A stretch of 64,000 nucleotides of DNA from a bacterium. GTDB lineage: Bacteria > Zhuqueibacterota > Zhuqueibacteria > Residuimicrobiales > Krinioviventaceae. The position numbers and the translations under genes were made by a program. How positions within the stretch are numbered: the first letter of the stretch is position 1; every line of letters starts with the position of its first letter. This document shows, one piece after another, positions 9,402 through 19,417 of the stretch. The notes under the pieces were generated by a model, which saw nothing but the letters and a program-made list of their open reading frames with translations, did no database searches and had not been told where the DNA came from. The stretch lies in contig CAXXFV010000008.1 of NCBI GenBank assembly GCA_963674595.2, positions 32,001 through 96,000 on the forward strand. The letters run 5' to 3'.

Positions 9402-11186
9402 ATGAATCCATTGTTTTTTAAACGCAGCTTGTCTATTGTCTGTGTTATTTATGCAATAGCCGCCACAAACCTGTTCGCTCAGAACACCTTTTATGTTGCG
9501 ACGGATGGTCGCGATGAAAATCCGGGAACGCTGGATAAACCTTTTGCTACAATTGAAAAAGCACGCGATAGGGTGAGGGAATGTAAAGATAATGATGAGG
9601 ATATCCTTGTATTTTTAAGAGGCGGAACATATCACCTGCAAAAGACATTGTTATTTGACCACCGGGACTCGGGACGGAACGGTCATTATGTCATTTATAA
9701 AGCTTATAAGGATGAACAACCGGTTTTAAGCGGCGGACGTTTAATTGGGGATTGGAAATCGTTCGGTGATGGCTTGTACCAGGCAACCGTTCATTCGGAT
9801 TTTCGTCAATTGTATGTGAACAACAAACGGGCGGTTCGGGCACGAACTCCGAATATCGATGATTATTATCGGTTGACCCTGTGGGACGAAAAAGACCGAC
9901 AGATTATTGTTAACAAAAATATGGTTCATTCCTGGAACAATTTTCAGGACGTTGAAATGATTGTTCACATGCATTGGGCTGAGGCGATTTTACCTCTGGA
10001 AGCTTATGAAACATCGGAATCCTATGCTTATATCTCGGTGCAGGAACCGGAGCGTGATCTTGTTTTTCGGCGTATGTATCCTATCAAGTCGGAAGGGGAA
10101 TCTTTTCACTTTGAAAATGCTCTGGAATTTCTCGACCAACCCGGTGAATGGTATCATGACAAAAAAACGGCAACACTCTATTATTATCCGCGATCGGATG
10201 AGGACATGTCTTTGGCGAAAGTCGTTGTTCCGGAATTGCAAACGCTCGTTTCAATTCAAGGGACTTTTGATAAACCGGTTAGCCATCTCGTTTTTCAGGG
10301 CATTACCTTTAAACACAGCGGATGGAACCTGCCTGAGGAAACCGGGATGCTTAACTCACAGGCCGGACATTATACGGTCCGGGTTGAACCGAACAATGTG
10401 CAGTATTTTATAAGACCGCCAGCTGCTGTTTATGTCGCGGCTGCTCATCACTTGAATTTTGAGCGAAATGTTTTTACACAATGTAGTTCCACGGCCCTTG
10501 ATTTACATTTTGGTACTTTTGATAATTTAATTCAGGGAAATATTTTTTATGAGCTTTCCGGCGGGGGAATTATGTATGCCAAGTTTTCCGGTCCGGATGT
10601 GCCGCATACCCATGTATATAACCCGGTTGATCAGCGGGAGATTTGCCGGAATGACACCATTCGCAATAACGTTGTGACTAAAATCGGACTTGACTATCCG
10701 GGTTGTTGCGGCATAGCCTGCGGCTTTCCTCAATCTATTGTCATTGAACATAATGAATTGTTTGACATGCCATATACCGGAATCAGTGTCGGCTGGAGCT
10801 GGGTAGATGCGGAAAATGTTATGCGGGACAACCAGATACGTTATAATCATATTTTTAATGTGTTACAATTGTTATGCGACGGCGGCGGGATTTATACCCT
10901 CTCCAGGCAGCCCAATAGCGTCATCAAAGAAAACTATATTCATAATATCTACCGGTTACAATGGGCTGTCGGATCAAGGAACAATGGCATATTTTTAGAC
11001 CAGGGATCCAGCGGCATTACCCTGGAACGAAATGTTTTTCAATCTATTCAGCAGGAAAACATCCGGCATAATATGACAGGAACCATTCATTATATTGAGA
11101 ATGAAACACATGATCCAAAAATAATTAAAAAAAGCGGGTTGACCAAAGAATATTCTGATTTAATGAAAGCATTGAAAAATAATTGA
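9402..11186 (+). CDS. Right-handed beta-helix glycoside hydrolase (GH141-like), secreted
   Basis: FYVATDGRDENPGTLDKPFATIEKAR, LRGGTY, LDQPGEWY, DGGGIYTL; GGAG RBS before ATG 9402. Confidence 0.75.
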   Translation: MNPLFFKRSLSIVCVIYAIAATNLFAQNTFYVATDGRDENPGTLDKPFATIEKARDRVRECKDNDEDILVFLRGGTYHLQKTLLFDHRDSGRNGHYVIYKAYKDEQPVLSGGRLIGDWKSFGDGLYQATVHSDFRQLYVNNKRAVRARTPNIDDYYRLTLWDEKDRQIIVNKNMVHSWNNFQDVEMIVHMHWAEAILPLEAYETSESYAYISVQEPERDLVFRRMYPIKSEGESFHFENALEFLDQPGEWYHDKKTATLYYYPRSDEDMSLAKVVVPELQTLVSIQGTFDKPVSHLVFQGITFKHSGWNLPEETGMLNSQAGHYTVRVEPNNVQYFIRPPAAVYVAAAHHLNFERNVFTQCSSTALDLHFGTFDNLIQGNIFYELSGGGIMYAKFSGPDVPHTHVYNPVDQREICRNDTIRNNVVTKIGLDYPGCCGIACGFPQSIVIEHNELFDMPYTGISVGWSWVDAENVMRDNQIRYNHIFNVLQLLCDGGGIYTLSRQPNSVIKENYIHNIYRLQWAVGSRNNGIFLDQGSSGITLERNVFQSIQQENIRHNMTGTIHYIENETHDPKIIKKSGLTKEYSDLMKALKNN

Positions 11187-11211
11187 ACTAAAAGTGTGAA
11201 GGAGTTGCAAA

Positions 11212-11673
11212 ATGAAGAACTTGATCTGTATTGTTGTTATGCTGATTTTGGCGGGCGCTGTTGTCTATTTGTATCTTCAGAATCAAAAACTGGTTTGTGA
11301 GTCGAAAAAGTCTGTTAATCTAAAACAAATCGTTATGACCGTTGATCTTAAAGATGATCCGAAAATAATTGACGAATACAAAACCCATCACAGTCCACAG
11401 GGTGTATGGCCGGAAGTCACCAATGCGGCGCAAGTCAGTGGATATGAAAGCATTCAGATTTATAATTTTGACAACCGGTTGGTTATGGTGCTTCGGTATC
11501 CTGAAAATGCGGACAAGGCTAAAATAGACAGTCTTTATGCGAGTTCGAGCGAAAAAATGTCGGAATGGGCAACGATTATGAACTGTTATATGAGTACGAT
11601 CAAAGGCGCACCTGAAGGTTCTCTGTGGGTAGCGATGCAGCCGATTTATAATTATGAACGGGAACATAAATAA
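11212..11673 (+). CDS. L-rhamnose mutarotase family protein with N-terminal membrane anchor
   Basis: DLKDDPKIIDEYK.HH...VWPEV motif. Confidence 0.75.
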   Translation: MKNLICIVVMLILAGAVVYLYLQNQKLVCESKKSVNLKQIVMTVDLKDDPKIIDEYKTHHSPQGVWPEVTNAAQVSGYESIQIYNFDNRLVMVLRYPENADKAKIDSLYASSSEKMSEWATIMNCYMSTIKGAPEGSLWVAMQPIYNYEREHK

Positions 11674-11676
11674 AAT

Positions 11677-12240
11677 TTGAATAATTTTGGCAGCAGTATG
11701 AGATTTTTTTTATCATTTATTATCGTCCTATTGGTTCAGACTGTTTCAATTGGCGATGAAGCTAACCGTGACAAACCAGTAAAAGCAGTCGAATCCGTAC
11801 AGCTTGAAAACTATATCGGACTATGGTGTGAAATTGCCAAAATTCCCAACCGGTTTCAAAAAAGTTGTTATAAAAACACAACCGCTTTTTATGAGTTAAG
11901 AAAAGACGGCAGGATAAATGTTATCAACTCTTGCGTTAAAAAGGATGGATCAGTGATTCAGGCAAAGGGAATTGCCCGGATTGCAGATCCATCCAATGCC
12001 AAACTTAAAGTCAGTTTTGTTAGATTTTTGGGGTTTTCGTTATTTTGGGGCGATTACTGGATTATCGGCCTTGATGAGGATTATCGTTATGCGGTGGTTG
12101 GTGTGCCGTCCCGAAAATACGGATGGATTTTATCCAGAACGCCGGTACTTGAGGATGAGGACCTTTTACATATAAATAATTTGTTGATCAACCAGGGGTA
12201 CAATCCGGATGATTTTATAAAAACGCGACATATTCAATAA
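11677..12240 (+). CDS. blc: Lipocalin (Blc family)
   Basis: YIGLWCEIAKIPNRFQ, GDYWII, GWILSRTP motifs. Confidence 0.85.
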   Translation: MNNFGSSMRFFLSFIIVLLVQTVSIGDEANRDKPVKAVESVQLENYIGLWCEIAKIPNRFQKSCYKNTTAFYELRKDGRINVINSCVKKDGSVIQAKGIARIADPSNAKLKVSFVRFLGFSLFWGDYWIIGLDEDYRYAVVGVPSRKYGWILSRTPVLEDEDLLHINNLLINQGYNPDDFIKTRHIQ

Positions 12241-12272
12241 ATTTTGAATATTGAAAAAAAAAGTTCTTGATT

Positions 12273-12292
12273 ATAAATGAATAATCATTTAT
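12273..12292. promoter_or_regulatory. Putative TetR operator 1 (ATAAATGA-ATAA-TCATTTAT)
   Basis: Perfect 8-4-8 palindrome just after a TTGATT -35-like hexamer upstream of tetR; repeated at 12894. Confidence 0.7.
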
Positions 12293-12300
12293 TTTTGAGT

Positions 12301-12873
12301 ATGAGATTAAGAGATGAAAATAAAATGGAAGCTGTTTTTAAGGCTTCCATTAAAACGATCAATGAAATTGGATTTGTTGCCAGTTCCGTGGCAAAAATTG
12401 CCAAAGAAGCCAGGGTGTCTCCGGCCACGATTTATATCTATTACAAGTGCAAAGAAGATTTGCTGGTTTCAATTTACACAACCCTCAAAAAAAAGTTGAG
12501 TCAGGCCATGCTGGTTGGTTTTGATCCGAATATGGCCATCAAAAAAGTATTACGAAAAGTATGGTTCAATGCCTTTGATTTTTTTGAAAAACATCCTGAT
12601 TATTTTATGTTTATGGAGCAGTTTTCCAATTCACCCTATATCGATAAAGTGGACCATGATGAACTGGAACAAAATTTTCAGCAGATCATTCAAATAATGC
12701 AAAGGGGAATCGATCAGGAGATTATTAAAGATGTTCCATTTGAATTGTTGATGACCTTTGCTTTTTATCCTGTTTTAACACTTTCAAATACGCGATTGTG
12801 TAAGGAGATACAATTAACAGATGAAAATAAAAGTCTGGCTTTTGATTTGGCATGGGACGCCATAAAATGTTAA
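12301..12873 (+). CDS. TetR/AcrR family transcriptional regulator
   Basis: HTH SVAKIAKEARVSPATIYIYYKCKEDL; ATG 12301 preferred because 12277 lies inside the operator. Confidence 0.9.
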   Translation: MRLRDENKMEAVFKASIKTINEIGFVASSVAKIAKEARVSPATIYIYYKCKEDLLVSIYTTLKKKLSQAMLVGFDPNMAIKKVLRKVWFNAFDFFEKHPDYFMFMEQFSNSPYIDKVDHDELEQNFQQIIQIMQRGIDQEIIKDVPFELLMTFAFYPVLTLSNTRLCKEIQLTDENKSLAFDLAWDAIKC

Positions 12874-12893
12874 AAAAAATTTACCCTTTTAAC

Positions 12894-12911
12894 TAAATGA
12901 ATGTTCATTTA
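12894..12911. promoter_or_regulatory. Putative TetR operator 2 (TAAATGAA-TG-TTCATTTA)
   Basis: Perfect 8-2-8 palindrome with the same arms as operator 1, immediately upstream of the MBL gene. Confidence 0.7.
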
Positions 12912-12924
12912 ATGAGGCATTGTT

Positions 12925-14031
12925 TTGAAAAAAATATTCATACTTATTACCGCTGTTTTTTTATTGATTGGAGTTTTATTTATGACGGTTCAGCATAACA
13001 TCTCTTCTGCTACCTATAGCAAAGATGATGAAAAATATATCAAAATCACTAAATCATCACATTATAAAGAGGGTCGTTTTTATAATGCTGTTAAAAGTGA
13101 TGATGAATCATTTGGAAATTTTTTAGGGGTTTTAAAAGAATGGATAAAAGATAAGGGCCAAAAATCGCCAAAACAGCCCTTGCCATATCGCCAAGTTGAT
13201 TTGAAGAGAATAAATTCGGCAGGGGACAATGAGTTGCTGGTGACATGGATGGGGCATTCGACTCTTTTAATCAATATCGGTGGCTACAAGATTTTAACAG
13301 ATCCGGTATTTGCAGAAAAAGTGACTTTTGTCGGCCCAAAACGTTTTAATAAAGAGATGCCGGTATCAATTCCTGAACTACCCGATATTGATGTGGTGAT
13401 TGTTTCTCATAACCATTACGACCACCTGAACGTTGAATCGATCCGGGCGTTAAAAGATAAAACGAAACAGTTTCTTGTGCCGTTGGGTGTTGGTGCGGAA
13501 CTGGAAAAGTGTGGTGTTGAACGAACAAAAATTATTGAAATGGACTGGTGGGATGAAACAAAACTTTTTGGTGACTTGACTATTGCCGCAACACCGGCGC
13601 AGCATTTTTCTTCCCGCAGTATGTTTGATCGTGACAAAACTTTATGGGCTTCGTGGGTCATTCATACGCCTCAGCACCGTGTGTTTTTCAGTGGTGATTC
13701 CGGATATTTTGATGATTTTAAAAAAATCGGCGAGATATACGGTCCCTTTGACATGACATTCATGGAATGCGGCGCCTATAACAAACGCTGGCACCATATT
13801 CACATGTTTCCGGAAGAGACGTTACGGGCCCATTTGGATGTCCGTGGGAATGTGCTGTTACCGGTTCATTGGGGTGCTTATAAACTGGCCCTGCATGACT
13901 GGTATGAACCTGTCAACAGATTGACAACAGCAGCAAAAGTTAAAGATGTAATTGTCGCCACACCGTTGATTGGCGAAACAATTACATTCCCGGATATCCC
14001 TACAAAATTTTGGTGGAATGAAATTTTATAG
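12925..14031 (+). CDS. MBL-fold metallo-hydrolase (RomA/NAPE-PLD-like)
   Basis: WMGHST, SHNHYDHL, PAQHFS, GDSGY, PVHWG motifs. Confidence 0.88.
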   Translation: MKKIFILITAVFLLIGVLFMTVQHNISSATYSKDDEKYIKITKSSHYKEGRFYNAVKSDDESFGNFLGVLKEWIKDKGQKSPKQPLPYRQVDLKRINSAGDNELLVTWMGHSTLLINIGGYKILTDPVFAEKVTFVGPKRFNKEMPVSIPELPDIDVVIVSHNHYDHLNVESIRALKDKTKQFLVPLGVGAELEKCGVERTKIIEMDWWDETKLFGDLTIAATPAQHFSSRSMFDRDKTLWASWVIHTPQHRVFFSGDSGYFDDFKKIGEIYGPFDMTFMECGAYNKRWHHIHMFPEETLRAHLDVRGNVLLPVHWGAYKLALHDWYEPVNRLTTAAKVKDVIVATPLIGETITFPDIPTKFWWNEIL

Positions 14032-14053
14032 ACGAATTTAAAACGGAGTAATT

Positions 14054-14956
14054 ATGAAAAAATGGAAAAGCTCAGATATAGGTGATCAAAATGGAAAAAT
14101 TGTAATAGTAACCGGTGCTAACAGTGGAATCGGGTTTGAGACGGCCCGCTGTTTGGCCTTGAATAATGCTGAGGTCATTATGGCATGCCGAAATGCGGAA
14201 AAGTGCAACCTTGCTGCCAAAGCGATCAAAGAAGAATACCCACAAGCCAAACTGTGTGTGATGCCTTTGGATTTGTCTGATCTGGCTTCCGTGAAACGAT
14301 TTGCACAACTGTTTCAGGAAAAGTATGATCAGTTACATATTTTAATAAACAATGCCGGTGTTATGGTACCGCCATATTCCAAAACCAAAGATGGATTTGA
14401 ACTTCAATTCGGTGTTAATCATCTCGGTCATTTTGCTTTAACAGCACAGTTGTTTCAGACGATTTCAAAAACAAAATCCTCAAGAATTGTCAATGTTTCC
14501 AGTATGGCCCATAAAAACGGTGGAATCAATTTTGATGATTTGCACTGGCAAACCAGAAAGTACAATGCCTGGAAGGCCTACGGTGACAGCAAAATTTCCA
14601 ATCTTTATTTTACCTATGAACTGGCACGAAAAATAAATCAATCCGGAACTGATGTGCTTTCGGTAGCCGCGCATCCGGGCTGGACGGCCACCAATTTACA
14701 AAGAAATTCAACTTTTTTTAACTTTTTAAATCCCTATTTTGCACAGAATATCCCACAGGGTGCTTTGCCGACATTGTATGCTGCAACTGTAGATAATGTA
14801 GAAAACGGTGATTTTTACGGGCCGGATGGTTTTATGGAAATGAAGGGACATCCCAAAAAGACAAAATCAAATAGATTATCTCAGGATAAAAATATTGCCA
14901 ATCGTCTATGGAAAGTTTCCGAAGAGTTGACGAATATATCTTTTAAAACAGCTTAG
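14054..14956 (+). CDS. SDR family oxidoreductase (retinol-dehydrogenase-like)
   Basis: TGANSGIG, NNAG, NHLGHF, YGDSK motifs. Confidence 0.9.
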   Translation: MKKWKSSDIGDQNGKIVIVTGANSGIGFETARCLALNNAEVIMACRNAEKCNLAAKAIKEEYPQAKLCVMPLDLSDLASVKRFAQLFQEKYDQLHILINNAGVMVPPYSKTKDGFELQFGVNHLGHFALTAQLFQTISKTKSSRIVNVSSMAHKNGGINFDDLHWQTRKYNAWKAYGDSKISNLYFTYELARKINQSGTDVLSVAAHPGWTATNLQRNSTFFNFLNPYFAQNIPQGALPTLYAATVDNVENGDFYGPDGFMEMKGHPKKTKSNRLSQDKNIANRLWKVSEELTNISFKTA

Positions 14957-14981
14957 AGGTGGCTGTTTCTTTATGGTGGGG

Positions 14982-15016
14982 AGTCCGGGTAATTTAAGAA
15001 TTACCCGGGCTTTTTT
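14982..15016 (+). terminator. Rho-independent terminator
   Basis: AGTCCGGGTAATT-TAAG-AATTACCCGGGCT followed by T-run, between convergent genes. Confidence 0.8.
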
Positions 15017-15043
15017 ATGTAAACATTTTTATAAATTCGGATT

Positions 15044-16132
15044 TTATTTGCTAAAACCTTTGTATTTAAACTCCTGCATGTCTTTCATGGCGCGTTTATA
15101 AAATTTACCCTGTGATTTGTCCTTTTTGCGTTTTTCCTCGTAACTCATTTCATAATGTTCATTTTCTTTTTTTAGCTTGAGATAGTTTTTATAATACCGC
15201 CTGGATATTTTTTCTTCTTTAACAGCTTCAATAACCGCGCATCCCGGTTCCGACGTATGGCTGCAGTCTTTAAATTTGCATTGGCGGGCATAATAGGCAA
15301 TTTCCGAAAATGTTAAATCAAGACCTTCTTTAACATCAAAATTACCCAGTTCACGCATTCCCGGTGTGTCGATAATCATACCGTGTTTTTCGGTCAATAT
15401 TAAGTGACGCCGGGTTGTGGTGTGTTTTCCTTTTCCGTCATCCAACCGCACTTCAGTCGTTTTATAAAAATCTCCGCCAAGGATACGGTTCAGCAGTGTT
15501 GTTTTGCCCACACCGGATGATCCGATGAAACAATAGGTTTTTTGCGGAAGCAACTGGGCCAAAACCTGGTCCATTCCCTGACCGGTCTGTGCGCTGTAAT
15601 ACAATATGGGAATGTTTCTAATATCAGACTTTATTTGTTCCAGTTTTTCGTTTATTTCGTTTTCTGAAAACAAATCACTTTTACTGAGTAAAATGAAGGG
15701 TTTTATACCTGCGTTTTTTATCATTACCAGGTAACGTTCGAGACGGTTTGTATTTAAATCATAATCCAATGACTGAATAATAAAAGCTGTGTCTATATTC
15801 GTCCCGATAATTTGATAGTCAACGTTATTTCCTGCTGTTTTTCTTTTAAGGCTATTCTTCCTGGGTAATAAATACTGTATAATGGCCAGGGTTTCATCGT
15901 CATACAATGATGCAAGCACCCAATCGCCGACAGCCGGAAAATCTTCTCGTTTTGTGTTTTCAAACATCATTCGTCCTATTACCTGGGCCTCAACTTCTGC
16001 CGTTTGGGTACGAATGAGATATCGCTCTTTATCTTCTGATATAACGCGAGCAATTACAAATCCCTGATTTATTTGTTCATGTTTAAAAAATGAAGGATCA
16101 AAACCAAGGGTTTCCAATGATGTTTTTGTCAT
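15044..16132 (-). CDS. rsgA: Ribosome small subunit-dependent GTPase A
   Basis: PAVGDWV, SKSDL, GSSGVGKTT, GKHTTT, DTPGMRE, CKFKDCSH..EPGC zinc finger. Confidence 0.93.
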   Translation of the reverse strand: MTKTSLETLGFDPSFFKHEQINQGFVIARVISEDKERYLIRTQTAEVEAQVIGRMMFENTKREDFPAVGDWVLASLYDDETLAIIQYLLPRKNSLKRKTAGNNVDYQIIGTNIDTAFIIQSLDYDLNTNRLERYLVMIKNAGIKPFILLSKSDLFSENEINEKLEQIKSDIRNIPILYYSAQTGQGMDQVLAQLLPQKTYCFIGSSGVGKTTLLNRILGGDFYKTTEVRLDDGKGKHTTTRRHLILTEKHGMIIDTPGMRELGNFDVKEGLDLTFSEIAYYARQCKFKDCSHTSEPGCAVIEAVKEEKISRRYYKNYLKLKKENEHYEMSYEEKRKKDKSQGKFYKRAMKDMQEFKYKGFSK

Positions 16133-16503
16133 GATTATTCTCGTGTTTCTATTCAATATCTATGGGGAAGACATTTAAAAAACAACCCGTGGAGGGATAA
16201 AAAGTGTTGTTATATGGTTGGAACATGATTTGTTGTTATTTTTCGGATAATTTCCAAGTTACGTTTTAATTTGGTTGCAAAGGAACATGGATCAAAAGTT
16301 CGCCATGCAATGTCGTTTACATTTTGTTGTTTTAATAGAGTTTAGGCGTTTATTAATTTACAATATTACTTGAGTACAAAAGTTATTTTCTTGAATAACT
16401 ATTTCGAATTTAAATTGGTTAATGACGGCAAATGTACGAATTTTTTTTTTAAATGCAAATAATTTGAATTTAAAAGTGTAATTATATGAGATAACATGTT
16501 TTC

Positions 16504-18066
16504 CTATGCTGATTTGTTAAAATGAACATTTAACCGATTAAATGCAAACAAGGCCAATACCAGAAAGAAAGCGTAAAAGATACTGATTTTTGCTGGCCAA
16601 ATTGAAAGAGCGCCGATAAAAGCCGTTATTGTCATCAGGTCAACCATTCGATTTGATAGCTGTCTTGATGATATCCGTTGTTTGTTTTCGGATTTTATTG
16701 TTTGATATTTTTTTAAAACAGTTGTGATTATTAAAATAATTGCCACCGGTGCGAACAGGATAATACGCGCTGCCGGCCAGGCGTATTGGTCTACGGCTTT
16801 TGCGTCATAAAGTCCAAAAACAATACCGGCCCGTTCTGAACCGCCGTGAAACAGCAAAAATACCAGTAAAAAGGCGCTGTAGATCAGTGAAATTTTCCAA
16901 CGCTGCTCTTTTGATTTATTAGCGTCCAACGAGTTTTGTATTGGCGGACCCGTCACTAATATTGCAATAAAATAAAAAGCAGATAAAAAGATGACGGTCC
17001 AAATAAAGTATTCAAATCCGGCAAAAAAGATAAATACCGCACCCGCCAGCGCTGGGAAAATTGTCTCCAGCCATGATGTGTTGCTGATTATATGATCCGG
17101 TGGTGATTGTTTGGCCTTTTTTTGATCCTGCTCTTTGTCTGTTTGCCGGACCGCCCACAGCCATGCAATGGTGTATAACAGTCCCAGGTTAAATCCGGCG
17201 TTTAACTCCCACATTTTCCACCAGTCGATAAATTGGGGAGCCGTGCTGTAACCAAGGCACCATGTTGTGCTTTGCATAAATCCGATGCCGAAACCGAGTC
17301 CCAACAGCAAGCCCACGAACAATGTTTTTTGGTCTTTTTGCAAAACGGCCGTAACCAATGCCGCCAGCCACCACAATACCACGCAAAAATTTTGTGTGTT
17401 TGTATAAACCGTGCGACTGAGGTGTTTGCCAAGTTCGCCGGAATAAAGCCCCAAATCCGCATGGGGAAAGAGGAGTCCCGGACAGTATCGGGCACATTGT
17501 GTTCCCAGCCATTCAACAAAGGGCCAGGCAAACAGAAACACCAGTAACACAGCGACCAACAACGAACGGATTATCCAGTATCCTTTTGGTACTTTATCGC
17601 CCAGTACCCAGCCCAGGATAATAGCGCCGGGTGCGGCCCAACCGATGCCGCAGTAAAACAGCCATAAATAACCGTATGCCGGATTAATGCTCAAGATATC
17701 ATTGCCTGCGTAAAACATGCCCCGAATCCAGGACACATACTGACCATAGCCCAATTCACCGCCAAGGGCAAGACCCAGTCCCAGCCACAGAACAATGCCC
17801 CGTGCGTCAATGCCTTTACGATAACACAGGTAATACCAGATCATGCCCCAGGTCAGTCCCGGAACTATGGTGCCGTCAACGCCACCCCAGCCGGCCGTAC
17901 CGCGAATGGCCCAGGTAATGGCACCCATACTGCCGAATAATAAAATAGACAAGAGTGTTTCCCGCCAATCCAGTGAGTTCCCCTGATTTTTCATATTTCG
18001 GTATTCAAAATATCTTTTTTCATCCAAAACAGTCATCATAACAGGGCCTTTCTTTGGGTTGTTCAA
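16504..18066 (-). CDS. Multi-pass membrane protein of unknown function
   Basis: 520 aa ORF with many hydrophobic helices; true start may be ATG 17994. Confidence 0.7.
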   Translation of the reverse strand: MNNPKKGPVMMTVLDEKRYFEYRNMKNQGNSLDWRETLLSILLFGSMGAITWAIRGTAGWGGVDGTIVPGLTWGMIWYYLCYRKGIDARGIVLWLGLGLALGGELGYGQYVSWIRGMFYAGNDILSINPAYGYLWLFYCGIGWAAPGAIILGWVLGDKVPKGYWIIRSLLVAVLLVFLFAWPFVEWLGTQCARYCPGLLFPHADLGLYSGELGKHLSRTVYTNTQNFCVVLWWLAALVTAVLQKDQKTLFVGLLLGLGFGIGFMQSTTWCLGYSTAPQFIDWWKMWELNAGFNLGLLYTIAWLWAVRQTDKEQDQKKAKQSPPDHIISNTSWLETIFPALAGAVFIFFAGFEYFIWTVIFLSAFYFIAILVTGPPIQNSLDANKSKEQRWKISLIYSAFLLVFLLFHGGSERAGIVFGLYDAKAVDQYAWPAARIILFAPVAIILIITTVLKKYQTIKSENKQRISSRQLSNRMVDLMTITAFIGALSIWPAKISIFYAFFLVLALFAFNRLNVHFNKSA

Positions 18067-18115
18067 GGCTGTGGGAGGGGTTTTTATGATGGTTTAGAAT
18101 AACACATTGATTTTA

Positions 18116-19120
18116 TTATAAATTTTTGTCCAAAAACCATAAAAGTGCAGGGAGGTCAATGACATGTCCTTCCCCATGCACATCCAGCATCAGGTTTTCA
18201 GGACGGTTATAGTCCCAGTAAATTGTTTGGATTTCTCTTAATGCTTCCCGTGCAATAGGAACATAAAACTGTGATAGGGGTTCTTTTTGCCCGTTTTGGC
18301 ACTGCAACGGACGGGGAGCGATTAATGAATAAATATCAGCAAAATCCACCAAATGACGCAAACCGGGAAACTTCCAGCACATGCAATGGTTTTGTTCCAG
18401 GTGGCCCATTTTGGTAAGGAATCCCGCACTCACAGTGGTTTGAATTCTGGTGTCCATTGCTCCGAGCCACATGGCCATTTCACCGCCGAGTGACAATCCG
18501 GCGCAGCCTATGCGGTTTTTCTCCACCATGTCGAGTGATTCCAGATAATCCACACAACGTATCAGGTCCCACAGACGTTCTCCCATCAGCAGCATATTAT
18601 TTTCGTATACCTTATGTTGGCTTACAGTTGTAGTTATCGTCACATAACCGTTGCAAGCCAGTTCGTGCGCAAATCTTTTATAGGGAGATTCGTCATCATA
18701 TACACTGCCAAGTTTTCCGCCATGTCCGTGGATACAAACCACAGCCGGAAACACCTTGCCGCTTGCTTTGGGCACTGTTATGATGGTCCGGATTCGTCGC
18801 CTGGGAGTAGTGTTTATGTCAACCTGTTTTAATATATAGTCGCCTTTATCTTCAGAAAGTATCACCTTTGGATTCAGGGCTATGTCTCTTTTATCCGCAA
18901 GCAAGTCTTCAAGTTTTAATGATTTGAAAAGCTGATTCCGAACCTCTTCCTGCCAGACGATTGCCGATCCCATTGGACGGCTGATATACTGCATCACACG
19001 CAATGCATCCTCCTGCGCCGGTAAGCCGCTGATGAAACATAATAAAATTACAAATGACACCTGTATCGTTTTAATTTTATTAAAACAATTTGAATTGAGA
19101 AATTTTATAAAGTAGTTCAT
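18116..19120 (-). CDS. Alpha/beta hydrolase (dienelactone hydrolase / Abhydrolase_7-like)
   Basis: CIHGHG, GCAGLSLGG nucleophile elbow, C-terminal GH; ATG 19120 preferred. Confidence 0.85.
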   Translation of the reverse strand: MNYFIKFLNSNCFNKIKTIQVSFVILLCFISGLPAQEDALRVMQYISRPMGSAIVWQEEVRNQLFKSLKLEDLLADKRDIALNPKVILSEDKGDYILKQVDINTTPRRRIRTIITVPKASGKVFPAVVCIHGHGGKLGSVYDDESPYKRFAHELACNGYVTITTTVSQHKVYENNMLLMGERLWDLIRCVDYLESLDMVEKNRIGCAGLSLGGEMAMWLGAMDTRIQTTVSAGFLTKMGHLEQNHCMCWKFPGLRHLVDFADIYSLIAPRPLQCQNGQKEPLSQFYVPIAREALREIQTIYWDYNRPENLMLDVHGEGHVIDLPALLWFLDKNL

Positions 19121-19257
19121 GAGGATATCCAATTTTAAAATCAATGACTTGGTTGTCAGGGTGTGTCTACTGGAAGTTAAGATTTTAATTTCTTTATCAA
19201 ATGGTGTCGACTTGTAAGCAATCAAGTATTCATTATATCTAATAATAAATCCCGCGA

Positions 19258-19383
19258 CTAGAAATGGAACCTCAACCGATTGTGTTTCAGAGAATGTCGT
19301 AAACTCCCAACCGTGCTGAAAAACAATCTGTTATGGCTGATAAATGAATAATACAAATTATATAAAAATCGCGCAAGTTTTTT
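19258..19383 (-). repeat. Promoter+leader module copy 1
   Basis: Aligns with 20915-21040 and 22068-22181; minus strand TTGCGC-17bp-TATTAT then TTTTTCAG..CGGTT..CTGAAACACAATCGGTTGA. Confidence 0.9.
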
Positions 19384-19417
19384 AATGTAAAAATGAAATA
19401 TTTTTTTTAGTGTATTT

